Source: Candidatus Nomurabacteria bacterium | Lineage (GTDB): Bacteria; Patescibacteriota; Minisyncoccia; Phycocordibacterales; UBA918 | DNA: 64,000 nt | Reading direction: 5' to 3' | Assembly (NCBI GenBank): GCA_020632015.1 | Contig: JACKGI010000003.1 | Span: 65,421 to 129,420 of the forward strand | In this document: in pieces, positions 52,204 through 60,772 of the stretch | Layout of the letters: each line of letters begins with the position of its first letter | Position numbering within the stretch: position 1 is the first letter of the stretch | Notes under the pieces: model-generated | The model's database searches: none | The model's input: only the letters and a program-made list of their open reading frames with translations | Told to the model about the DNA's origin: nothing | Program-made: the position numbers and the translations under genes

Positions 52204-52357
52204 AAATGAGAAAAAATGAAAAGGTTTGCTTTTACACTCTTTCCGGACATGGTGTAGAAGGATTTTCTTACGACCACAGATTTACGTCTAAAACGTAAGT
52301 GGCAAGAGTATAGCGGTTTTGGACATTTTTTGCAATAACCGATGCTATACTTTTGTT

Positions 52358-52957
52358 ATGAGACTTACAAAAACCCAAAAGACTCTTTTGTCTACAAACG
52401 TCGCAATTGTTATCGGATTTAGTTGGTATTACGCCCAAGCCCTTAATTATGAATTTTTAGCATATGCAGTAACCATTGCTGTGGTGACAGTAGTATTGTT
52501 TGGGACTCTAAAATGGTCTCGTTTTTCTACAGGTATTATCATCGGAGTTACTATCTGGGGACTACTGCATATGTTGGGTGGTAGCATTATGACTTCAGAT
52601 GGAGTCCTTTATGCTTATCGGATATTTCCATTCTTTGATGGTGGAGGAGAATTTTTTATTTTAAAGTTTGATCAAGTTGTACATGCGTTTCTTTATGGTG
52701 TAGTCGGATTAATGTTTTTTCACTTGTTACGAGAAGTGGTTGGAATAAGAACCCATTTACCACTTATTGCAGCCACAGCAATATTTGCAGCCGCTGGTTT
52801 TAGTATCATAAATGAAATAGTTGAATTCCTAGCGGCGGTGAACCTACCAGAAACTGGAGTGGGAGGGTATCACAATACAGTCTTGGATATGATATTTAAT
52901 CTTGGAGGAGCTACAGTTGCTGTGTTGGTAAAGATTATGTTATTTAGAAATAAATAA
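52358..52957 (+). CDS. polytopic membrane protein of unknown function
   Basis: Five to six TM helices. Start at ATG 52358, 6 nt after TGCTATACT (52343-52351). Confidence 0.6.
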   Translation: MRLTKTQKTLLSTNVAIVIGFSWYYAQALNYEFLAYAVTIAVVTVVLFGTLKWSRFSTGIIIGVTIWGLLHMLGGSIMTSDGVLYAYRIFPFFDGGGEFFILKFDQVVHAFLYGVVGLMFFHLLREVVGIRTHLPLIAATAIFAAAGFSIINEIVEFLAAVNLPETGVGGYHNTVLDMIFNLGGATVAVLVKIMLFRNK

Positions 52958-52997
52958 CTAGAATAATATAAAAATGTTTGGTATCCTGTCAGACATT

Positions 52998-53070
52998 GCC
53001 AACATAGCTCAGTCGGTAGAGCGCATCCATGGTAAGGATGAGGTCCACAGTTCAATTCTGTGTGTTGGCT
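52998..53070 (+). tRNA. tRNA-Thr(GGT)
   Basis: GCCAACA..GCTC-AGTCGGTA-GAGC..CATCC-ATGGTAA-GGATG..CACAG-TTCAATT-CTGTG-TGTTGGC-T. TGGTATCCT lies 10 nt upstream. Confidence 0.9.
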
Positions 53071-53077
53071 CAAAGAA

Positions 53078-53104
53078 ATCCTCGTAATCGAGGATCTTGT
53101 ATTT
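53078..53104 (+). terminator. terminator after tRNA-Thr
   Basis: ATCCTCG-TAAT-CGAGGAT followed by CTTGTATTT. Confidence 0.6.
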
Positions 53105-53173
53105 CTATAGAGAGGTTTAAGTAAAAACTGGAATGCGGAGCTTATTTAGGCACTTTTTGCTATACTCTTACTC

Positions 53174-53671
53174 ATGAAAGAAATCGAGGTGCCATTTTAT
53201 AGACAAGACAAAGAATATACTTGTGGTCCAACTTCACTCCAGATGGTCTTGGCCTATTACGGAGTACATTACTCTGAGGAGCAGTTAGTTGAAAGACTAA
53301 AGACAAATAATGAGGTTGGTACTTGGCGTTCTCGAATGTATGAAGTGGCTGTAAAATTGGGGTTTTATTGTTATGAAAACGAAGGTTCAAACATAGCGAA
53401 TATTCACTATTTACTAGATTTAAAAATACCACCAATCGTACGTTTCCTTGAGGAGGGGGAAAATGAAGATCATTACGGCGTTGTGGTTGGAGCAAGTGAT
53501 AGTGTTCTCAAGATTCATGACCCATGGAATGGACCACTGCAAGAGTATTCATTAGAGAATTTCCTAAGCAGGTGGACTTTGAACATGTACGAAGAGAGTA
53601 AGCAGTGGTTGATGGCGATTTCTCCAGCACCGATTCCGACCGTACAAGAAGTTACTATTTCTTATGACTAG
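53174..53671 (+). CDS. C39-like cysteine peptidase domain protein
   Basis: [22 protein letters not shown] (catalytic Cys context) and DHYGVVVG (His). TGCTATACT lies 7 nt upstream. Confidence 0.65.
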   Translation: MKEIEVPFYRQDKEYTCGPTSLQMVLAYYGVHYSEEQLVERLKTNNEVGTWRSRMYEVAVKLGFYCYENEGSNIANIHYLLDLKIPPIVRFLEEGENEDHYGVVVGASDSVLKIHDPWNGPLQEYSLENFLSRWTLNMYEESKQWLMAISPAPIPTVQEVTISYD

Positions 53672-54536
53672 CGATAACAAAAACCGAATAGATGAAATCG
53701 AAGGTGCTATGCTCAAGCCAGATTTTTGGTCAGACCCAAAAGTTGCTCAAGCAATGATTAAGGAATTGCAAGAACTTAAAGATGAATCTGAAGGAAAGGG
53801 TAAGTACGATAGGAGCGACGCAGTATTTACTGTTGTGGCTGGAGCTGGCGGGGATGATGCGGAGGATTTTGCTCGCATGTTGGTAGAAATGTATCAAAAA
53901 TATGCAGAAGGAAGAGGTTGGGGCGTGGTAATTATCGACAGCAATACAAATAATGAGAATGGTTACCGAAATATCACTTTTGAGATACAAGGCAAAGGTG
54001 CTTATGGAACACTTCAAAATGAATCAGGTGTACATCGACTCGTGCGCATCTCTCCTTTTAATAGTAACGGCAAACGCCAGACATCTTTTGTACTGGTAGA
54101 AGTTTCTCCAAAGTTAGAAGACGTAAGTGCTGTCGAATTGGATGAAGATGATTTGGAGATTTCTTTTGCTAGAGCTGGCGGTGCTGGTGGGCAAAATGTA
54201 AATAAGCGAGAAACAGCAGTTCGAATAGTACACAAGCCAACCAACATCTCAGTAAACATTTCCTCTGAGCGTTCTCAGCAACAAAATAGAGAAAAAGGCA
54301 TGGCGCTTTTAGCGGGGAAAATATTTGCTTTTCAAGAAGAACAACGTAAGCGAGAGTTGCAAGGTTTGTCAGTTGAAAAAACTATTAAAATTGAATGGGG
54401 TAGTCAGATTCGTTCCTACGTTTTGCATCCTTATCAGTTAGTAAAAGACCATAGAAGTAACTTAGAAGTCAGGAATGTTGATAAGGTTTTAGACGGCTAT
54501 ATACAGCCTTTTCTCGAAGTTTCTGATAATGCCTAA
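53664..54536 (+). CDS. prfB: peptide chain release factor 2, short form without a programmed frameshift
   Basis: RF2-specific SPF (RISPFNS) and GGQ ([11 protein letters not shown]). At 290 aa, domain 1 is about 75 aa shorter than in E. coli RF2. Single uninterrupted frame. Confidence 0.85.
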   Translation: MTSDNKNRIDEIEGAMLKPDFWSDPKVAQAMIKELQELKDESEGKGKYDRSDAVFTVVAGAGGDDAEDFARMLVEMYQKYAEGRGWGVVIIDSNTNNENGYRNITFEIQGKGAYGTLQNESGVHRLVRISPFNSNGKRQTSFVLVEVSPKLEDVSAVELDEDDLEISFARAGGAGGQNVNKRETAVRIVHKPTNISVNISSERSQQQNREKGMALLAGKIFAFQEEQRKRELQGLSVEKTIKIEWGSQIRSYVLHPYQLVKDHRSNLEVRNVDKVLDGYIQPFLEVSDNA

Positions 54537-54560
54537 GGTCATGATATACTGTCTCAATAT

Positions 54561-55244
54561 ATGATTTACTTTGATAATGTTTCAAAGGTGTACAACGACG
54601 GGCGGTCAGCCGCTCTTCAAGAGGTAACCTTTCAAGTTGCGCCGAAAGAATTTGTTTCTATTGTTGGACATTCAGGAGCTGGTAAAACCACACTTCTGAA
54701 AATGATTATCGCAGAAGATAAACCTTCACATGGTCAAGTATTTTTTGAATCTCTAGATGTACATCGCATCCCGCGCACAAAGTTGCCAAACTATCGACGT
54801 AAGATTGGAACAATATTCCAAGACTTCAAACTTCTTCCTCATAAAACTGCCTACGAAAATGTCGCTTTCGCTATGGAAGCGAATGGGCGGACTGACGCAG
54901 AAATTGCCGAAAACGTCCCGCACGCTCTGTCACTAGTAGATCTAGATGATAAAGCTTGGAACTTCCCAAACGAACTTTCTGGAGGAGAAAAGCAAAGAGT
55001 AGCGATTGCTAGAGCGATTGTAAATCAGCCTGACATTATCATTGCAGATGAGCCAACCGGCAACCTGGACCCGATTGCAACGTATGAGGTTGTTCAGATA
55101 CTTAGAAAGATTAATGACCTAGGAACAACTGTTATAATGACCACACACAACAAGGGGGTGATTGATGAGATAGAGAGACGGGTCATCACAATGGATGACG
55201 GTCGAATTGTAAGAGATGATACTACTGGTAAATACGTTTTATAA
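54561..55244 (+). CDS. ftsE: cell-division ABC ATPase FtsE
   Basis: Walker A GHSGAGKTT, signature LSGGEKQR, Walker B IIIADEPT. Confidence 0.9.
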   Translation: MIYFDNVSKVYNDGRSAALQEVTFQVAPKEFVSIVGHSGAGKTTLLKMIIAEDKPSHGQVFFESLDVHRIPRTKLPNYRRKIGTIFQDFKLLPHKTAYENVAFAMEANGRTDAEIAENVPHALSLVDLDDKAWNFPNELSGGEKQRVAIARAIVNQPDIIIADEPTGNLDPIATYEVVQILRKINDLGTTVIMTTHNKGVIDEIERRVITMDDGRIVRDDTTGKYVL

Positions 55245-55250
55245 TAAATT

Positions 55251-56171
55251 ATGGTAACTGGAATTCGTAGAGTAGTAAAAGCTGGGTTTGTTGGTTTTTG
55301 GCGTAATGCGTACGTTTCATTGGCGTCCATTTTTGTACTGTCAATCGCTTTGTTTGTGATTGGAGCAACGATGTTTATCAATCAGCTTTTAGATACTTCA
55401 CTTTCAACCTTGCAGTCTAAGGTTGATATAAACGTATACTTTGTACCAGATGCTCCAGAAGATGAGGTACAACGTATCTTACAGGCGGTAGAAGCTTTGC
55501 CAGATGTTTCTTCTGTCACTTTTACATCACGAGAAGATGCGTTACAGCAATATCGTGAACGAAACAAAGATAACGCTATTTCACTTCAAGCTCTTGAAGA
55601 ATTAGACGAGAACCCTTTGGGGGCAAATATTGCAATCCAAGCTAAGGAGACTTCTCAATACGAAAATGTCGCGCTGTTCCTTGAGGAACAACGAGAACAA
55701 GAATTGCCACAGGTTCAGGTTATTGATGAAATCAACTACGCTCGAAACAAGGATTCAATCGATACTTTAACTTCAATAATAAATGCAACTGAACAGGCTA
55801 GTTTGATAATAATGAGCATTCTACTAATTGCAGCTATTTTAATTACTTTCAACACTATTCGTTTAGCTATATATACTTCAAGAGAGGAGATTTCTATTAT
55901 GCGTTTGGTTGGCGCAGGCAATATGTTTATTCGTGGACCGTTTATGCTCCAGGGTATTATGTACGGCTTTATTTCTGGAGTATTAGCTTTGCTTCTTTTT
56001 TATCCACTTCTCGTGTGGCTAGGTCCACGTACTGAAGCATTTTTCGATTTAAACCTGTTCACATATTACATGGCTCACTTTGGTGAAATATTTGGACTGT
56101 TAGTAGGTATTGGAATCGTCTTAGGACTGCTCTCTAGTACCTTTGCCGTTGCTCGTTACTTACGAACTTAA
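55251..56171 (+). CDS. ftsX: cell-division permease FtsX
   Basis: N-terminal TM, large extracytoplasmic loop, three C-terminal TM helices. Follows ftsE. Confidence 0.85.
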   Translation: MVTGIRRVVKAGFVGFWRNAYVSLASIFVLSIALFVIGATMFINQLLDTSLSTLQSKVDINVYFVPDAPEDEVQRILQAVEALPDVSSVTFTSREDALQQYRERNKDNAISLQALEELDENPLGANIAIQAKETSQYENVALFLEEQREQELPQVQVIDEINYARNKDSIDTLTSIINATEQASLIIMSILLIAAILITFNTIRLAIYTSREEISIMRLVGAGNMFIRGPFMLQGIMYGFISGVLALLLFYPLLVWLGPRTEAFFDLNLFTYYMAHFGEIFGLLVGIGIVLGLLSSTFAVARYLRT

Positions 56172-56181
56172 ACTCATTTTC

Positions 56182-57855
56182 ATGCCTAAGAAATCTAAAC
56201 AAAAAAAGACGACTGCCAAACAGCCGGCTACGAAGTGCATCTTTATCGTGGGTGGAGTGATGAGTGGGGTAGGAAAGGGAGTGGCCTCTTCTTCTATTGC
56301 AACTCTTCTTCAGTCTCGTGGTCACAGAGTGACAGCGATAAAAATTGACCCATATATAAATGTCGATGCGGGGACTATGAACCCCACCGAACACGGTGAA
56401 GTTTTTGTGCTTAAGGATGGTCTCGAGACTGACCAGGATATGGGTAACTATGAACGCTTTCTTAACACTGATTTACCTTCAATCAATTACATGACCACTG
56501 GTAGTGTTTATCAGTCAGTGATTCAAAAAGAGCGAAACTTAGAATATAAAGGAAAGAATGTTGAGGTGGTTCCAGATATTCCACTTGAGGTAATCAGTCG
56601 CATAAAGACTGCGGCCAAAACTGCTAAAGCAGATATTGTGCTGGTTGAAGTTGGAGGAACTGTTGGGGAGTACCAGAACGTTCTCTTTCTTGAGGCAATT
56701 CGTATGATGAAGACCGAAGAGTCAGAAAATGTAGCAGTTGTCATGGCAAGTTATTTGCCGGTACCGGGGTCTATTGGGGAAATGAAAACCAAGCCTACTC
56801 AAACAGCGGTGCGAATGCTAAACAGTGTAGGAGTATTTGCAGACATGATAGTTTGCCGTAGTCCGATTGGAGTAGATAGGAAGCGAAAAGAAAAGATTGC
56901 TAAGTTTTGTAACGTAAAAGTAGAAAATGTAATTTCAGCACCTGACGTTGAAAGTATTTATGATATTCCACTACATTACGAAAAAGACGAGTTATCGTTA
57001 CGGCTGCTGGAGACTCTTGGTCTTTCCACTAGAAAAAAAGCAGATTTAAAAGAGTGGAAGCGGTTCGTTAATCGTTCTAAAGGCGGGGATGATGTGGTGA
57101 AGATTGCTGTGGTAGGAAAGTATTTTAACTCAGGTGATTTTGTATTGTCTGATGTATATCTCTCTGTCCTTGAGGCTATCAAGTTTTCAGCTTACAAACT
57201 TAAGCTAACTCCAGAAATCTCATATCTATCATCTCAGGACTTTGAAGATAAGAAAAACCTAAAGAATTTGAAAAAGTATGACGGAGTACTAGTGCCGGGT
57301 GGCTTTGGTACAACAGGTATCAAAGGCAAGCTGAATGTGATTGAGTATGTCCGTAAGAATAGGATTCCTTATTTTGGAATTTGTTATGGTATGCAACTTG
57401 CTGTTCTAGAATTTGCTATGAATGTAGCAAAAATCAAAAACGCTAGTACAGAAGAAATAAATCCTAAAGCAGAGAATTTGGTAATTGGAGTAATGGACGA
57501 GCAAAGAGATAATATTGCTGAGCAAAAGATGGGTGGAACTATGCGTTTGGGGCAGTACCCAGCTGTGCTTTCAAGTGGTTCTGTGGCCGCAAAGGCATAT
57601 AGGTCCAAGGAGATAGTAGAACGTCATCGTCATCGTTATGAAGTAAATCCAGAGTATATAGAAAAACTTGAGGTAAAGGGCTTGAGGTTTTCTGGTAAGT
57701 CACCAGATGGCAGATTAATGGAAATTGCTGAGCTTCCAGTTGAGGACCATCCATTTTTTGTAGGAGTGCAGTTTCATCCTGAGCTTCAAGCTCGTCCGCT
57801 GGACCCACACCCACTTTTTACAGCTTTTGTAAAAGCATCTTATGAGGCTGACTAA
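56182..57855 (+). CDS. pyrG: CTP synthase with a Lys-rich N-terminal extension
   Basis: GGVMSGVGKG start and glutaminase GICYGMQ...HRHRYEVN. Start at ATG 56182, after the ftsX stop. Confidence 0.95.
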   Translation: MPKKSKQKKTTAKQPATKCIFIVGGVMSGVGKGVASSSIATLLQSRGHRVTAIKIDPYINVDAGTMNPTEHGEVFVLKDGLETDQDMGNYERFLNTDLPSINYMTTGSVYQSVIQKERNLEYKGKNVEVVPDIPLEVISRIKTAAKTAKADIVLVEVGGTVGEYQNVLFLEAIRMMKTEESENVAVVMASYLPVPGSIGEMKTKPTQTAVRMLNSVGVFADMIVCRSPIGVDRKRKEKIAKFCNVKVENVISAPDVESIYDIPLHYEKDELSLRLLETLGLSTRKKADLKEWKRFVNRSKGGDDVVKIAVVGKYFNSGDFVLSDVYLSVLEAIKFSAYKLKLTPEISYLSSQDFEDKKNLKNLKKYDGVLVPGGFGTTGIKGKLNVIEYVRKNRIPYFGICYGMQLAVLEFAMNVAKIKNASTEEINPKAENLVIGVMDEQRDNIAEQKMGGTMRLGQYPAVLSSGSVAAKAYRSKEIVERHRHRYEVNPEYIEKLEVKGLRFSGKSPDGRLMEIAELPVEDHPFFVGVQFHPELQARPLDPHPLFTAFVKASYEAD

Positions 57856-57869
57856 GGTCAATAAACCAC

Positions 57870-57898
57870 TTCAATACTTAATACTTTTATGTTATTCT
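57870..57898 (+). promoter_or_regulatory. tRNA-Gln promoter candidate (TTCAAT-17-TGTTATTCT) with an AGCCCCAC discriminator
   Basis: The same TAYTCTAGCCCCAC block as the tRNA-Met promoter. A ~60-nt leader contains the GTAACTG/CAGTTAC hairpin. Confidence 0.45.
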
Positions 57899-57960
57899 AG
57901 CCCCACCAAAGTAACTGAGTTTGAATCTATAAAACCAGTTACAGAAAGGAACAGATCCCT

Positions 57961-58031
57961 TGCCGGATCGTCTAATGGTAGGACTACGGTTTTTGGTGCC
58001 GTCTATCGGGGTTCGAGTCCCTGTCCGGCAG
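57961..58031 (+). tRNA. tRNA-Gln(TTG)
   Basis: TGCCGGA..GTCT-AATGGTA-GGAC..ACGGT-TTTTGGT-GCCGT..CGGGG-TTCGAGT-CCCTG-TCCGGCA-G. No CCA. Confidence 0.85.
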
Positions 58032-58032
58032 C
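58014..58032 (+). repeat. direct repeat copy 1 (tRNA-Gln 3' end)
   Basis: CGAGTCCCTGTCCGGCAGC recurs at 62799-62817. Confidence 0.9.
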
Positions 58033-58156
58033 ATAATTTTGGAATTAAGTTCCGAAGCAACAACTACGGCTTTATTACTTGCTGGATTCTTTTGGAGAGT
58101 GATTTCTTCGCTATTTAGTGTATGTACACGCTTAGCAATGAACTCAAATGCCTTGT

Positions 58157-58441
58157 TTAGACAGGTGTTACCACCTTTTTTTCTACAAGTAGTTTCTCAA
58201 ATACGATACCAAGCAGCTTTCGTTTCTGTTGTTTCGTCGCGTTGTAGTAGAAGTCTTCAGCTTGTTGGGTGAGATCGAGTATATGTGAGCCTAGTTCGAC
58301 GTAGCTTAAGTTGGCGTCTTTGTGCTTTGTGATTGCTGCCGTAATAGCATCAAGTTCTTTTGAGTATTGCTCGAACTTCTTCTCGTAGAATTCGTTAGTT
58401 ATGTTGCCGTCAATCTTTTCATCATGTGGTTCCGAGCTAAA
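58157..58441 (-). pseudogene. C-terminal remnant of a large serine recombinase (rec3)
   Basis: ...DGNITNEFYEKKFEQYSKELDAI...KRKLLGIVF aligns by eye with the coiled-coil tail of rec2 (LDGSITHTEYTNKKQ...). The catalytic N-terminus is absent. Confidence 0.6.
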
Positions 58442-58545
58442 AAGAATAAACTCAAGTTTTATAAGCAGGATTATAAAAACCATCTGAACTACCAAAAGCC
58501 TTTCATCCTGACGGAAAGCAAGTTTTTGTCGTATTCAGAGAGAAG

Positions 58546-58761
58546 GTGTTACGAGAGGAGTCTCAGGTGTGGTTACATGAATTAATTAAAGAGCAGAAAA
58601 AATTCTTAGGATCTTCACTACACGACCAAGTTATTGATTTGCAGGATGTTAGAAACACATTTCATTTGTCGCGACCACGTTTTGTTTTGTCACCTGAAAC
58701 AGTCAACGATTCATTTACTGTAGTTTTGAAAATAGTTAATAAAATCGGTAAGGAAGCGTAG
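58546..58761 (+). CDS. hypothetical small protein
   Basis: 71-codon ORF with a GTG start. No motif. Confidence 0.3.
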   Translation: MLREESQVWLHELIKEQKKFLGSSLHDQVIDLQDVRNTFHLSRPRFVLSPETVNDSFTVVLKIVNKIGKEA

Positions 58762-58766
58762 TTTTT

Positions 58767-58952
58767 ATGACAAAAGATGAGTTAATTAAACGCTATAAGG
58801 AGGTACATAAAGAAAAGACAGGAGAGGATATCACTAACGTTGAGGCTTTAGATCAGGCACTTAACTTAGTAAGTTTAGTTAAGGCTGTATATCAACCCAA
58901 AAAATATACTGCTAATATGATATCCTGTGTCAATGAGTCCAGAAGAACATAA
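58767..58952 (+). CDS. hypothetical small protein
   Basis: 61-codon ORF. No motif. Confidence 0.35.
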   Translation: MTKDELIKRYKEVHKEKTGEDITNVEALDQALNLVSLVKAVYQPKKYTANMISCVNESRRT

Positions 58953-60768
58953 TCAAGAAATAAATACAGAAGAAACTGTTGTAGAGGACGCTCAGAATGT
59001 TGACCTAGTCGCTCCGAAATCTTCCTTTAATTGGAAGCAGTTATCGATAATACTCATTTCTATTATAGTAGGTGGGAGTATTGTTGCTGGAGCGTTTTTT
59101 TGGAAAGAATACCAAAAGGTTCAACCGCCCGAGGACATTACTCCTGAAGAAGAAGAGATGGTTTGGACACCTCCAGAAACAGAAGTTGATGATTGGTCAT
59201 TGCCTGAGGAAGATTATATCGATAATGACGAAGATACAGAAGATGTTGATGAAGAGGATAAAGAACCAAAAGAAGCAAAACCTTCTCTGTGGAATCTGTT
59301 AAAAAATGAACCTACTGTCGAACAGTACGAGCTTTCTGTTGACTGGTTAGACCGTCCTGTAGAAAATGAGGTGAATGAGCTACCAGTTTCTGGACCAAGT
59401 CGCTCATATACCGTTGGAACAATCACAAATGGATCCTTAGCTGATGAATCAATCTATCTACTCTATGAATCTGGAATGGGTAATGATTATCCGAGTGGTT
59501 TGTTCGTCTTAACTCCCGAGGTAATTAAGGTGACTGAATGGATGGATGACGTATCGAATCTACCAGATTCTATTTCAAGCACTGACAGCAAGATCAAACT
59601 AAAAAAAGATGGGGAGCTCTTTGCTGCAATGATTGATATCGAAGATATGCGTGAGTGGCATGATGCGACAATTGATACTCTGACGTTTGAGGGTCTGGAA
59701 AATATTCCTGAGAACCAACTATATACTTACAATGAATGTTTGTTTGCGAGAACGCCAAGTGACCTAGTGGTTGAGTATATTATTGATATTCCATTTATTG
59801 ATGATGAAGACGAGGGATCATATTCAACTCCTGAGATTACTTTCAATAGAATTGATGGAGACGTAATGACTGCTGAATACGAGATCTACGACAGAGTCTC
59901 TTATGGATGTGGCTCACTCTGTTCTCCTCTCAAGGTAGTGGAGCGTACCGATGATGAATTTATAAAGACGGGCACTACAGACGATGGTTCTGATCTATTT
60001 GTACTTAAAGATGTGTATGACGAAAGATATGATGCACTATATACACAGAAAAACACTAGGGCATTCGTCGATACTTCAAGTGGATCATACAATGCGTTGA
60101 GTGAGAACAAATACTCATATGAAGAGTTTATTGGCGTTGTGCCACTCCTTTATTGGAAGGACCCGCTGGGAAGGTGGGTAGAGTTTGTTAATACAGAATT
60201 TATCATTCTTGCTGAGAAGTGTAAGCCAGTTATTTACTTGTACCCAGAAGAGGAAACAGACCTGCATGTAGAGGTTGAACCAAATATCGGCTTCACTAAA
60301 ACTATTCCCGAGTATAAAGATGGATGGGATGTGACTGCATATCCTGACGGAACAGTTATAGATAGGGAAACTGGAGAGGATTATCATTATCTATATTGGG
60401 CAGGACTGGTTGATGGGTATCCATTGATAGAAGAAGGATGGGTAGTGACACAGTCTGATATACCTGCTTTCTTTGATTACATATTGCCTCTATACGGGCT
60501 ACAAGGAAGTGAGATAACTGACTTTACTGAATATTGGGAAGAGGACTTAGACGAAGCCCCATACTACGCAATCAGCTTTGTTGATCAAGCTATCATTGAT
60601 GAGTTATCTCCGTTAACTCTTGATAAAGAACCAGATGTAGTAATGCGTGTCCTTATGACCGCAAAACCGTTGGAGAGGCCTATTAAGCTCCCGCAACCTC
60701 AGCTTCCCGAGTTACCTGAAAGAGAAGGCTTTACTGTCATTGAGTGGGGAGGAACTATCTTGAGATAG
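58927..60768 (+). CDS. membrane-anchored acidic extracellular protein of unknown function
   Basis: 613 aa with one TM near the N-terminus and an acidic linker (EEDYIDNDEDTEDVDEEDKE). No recognised domain. Confidence 0.65.
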   Translation: MSMSPEEHNQEINTEETVVEDAQNVDLVAPKSSFNWKQLSIILISIIVGGSIVAGAFFWKEYQKVQPPEDITPEEEEMVWTPPETEVDDWSLPEEDYIDNDEDTEDVDEEDKEPKEAKPSLWNLLKNEPTVEQYELSVDWLDRPVENEVNELPVSGPSRSYTVGTITNGSLADESIYLLYESGMGNDYPSGLFVLTPEVIKVTEWMDDVSNLPDSISSTDSKIKLKKDGELFAAMIDIEDMREWHDATIDTLTFEGLENIPENQLYTYNECLFARTPSDLVVEYIIDIPFIDDEDEGSYSTPEITFNRIDGDVMTAEYEIYDRVSYGCGSLCSPLKVVERTDDEFIKTGTTDDGSDLFVLKDVYDERYDALYTQKNTRAFVDTSSGSYNALSENKYSYEEFIGVVPLLYWKDPLGRWVEFVNTEFIILAEKCKPVIYLYPEEETDLHVEVEPNIGFTKTIPEYKDGWDVTAYPDGTVIDRETGEDYHYLYWAGLVDGYPLIEEGWVVTQSDIPAFFDYILPLYGLQGSEITDFTEYWEEDLDEAPYYAISFVDQAIIDELSPLTLDKEPDVVMRVLMTAKPLERPIKLPQPQLPELPEREGFTVIEWGGTILR

Positions 60769-60772
60769 ATAC

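Noticed and set aside
53600-53700. Programmed +1 frameshift site for prfB
   Set aside because: No CTTTGA/SD-like element was found, and the upstream ORF is an unrelated C39-like peptidase. RF2 is in a single frame.
57842-58036. 64-aa ORF downstream of pyrG
   Set aside because: It reads straight through the tRNA-Gln gene and its promoter and leader.
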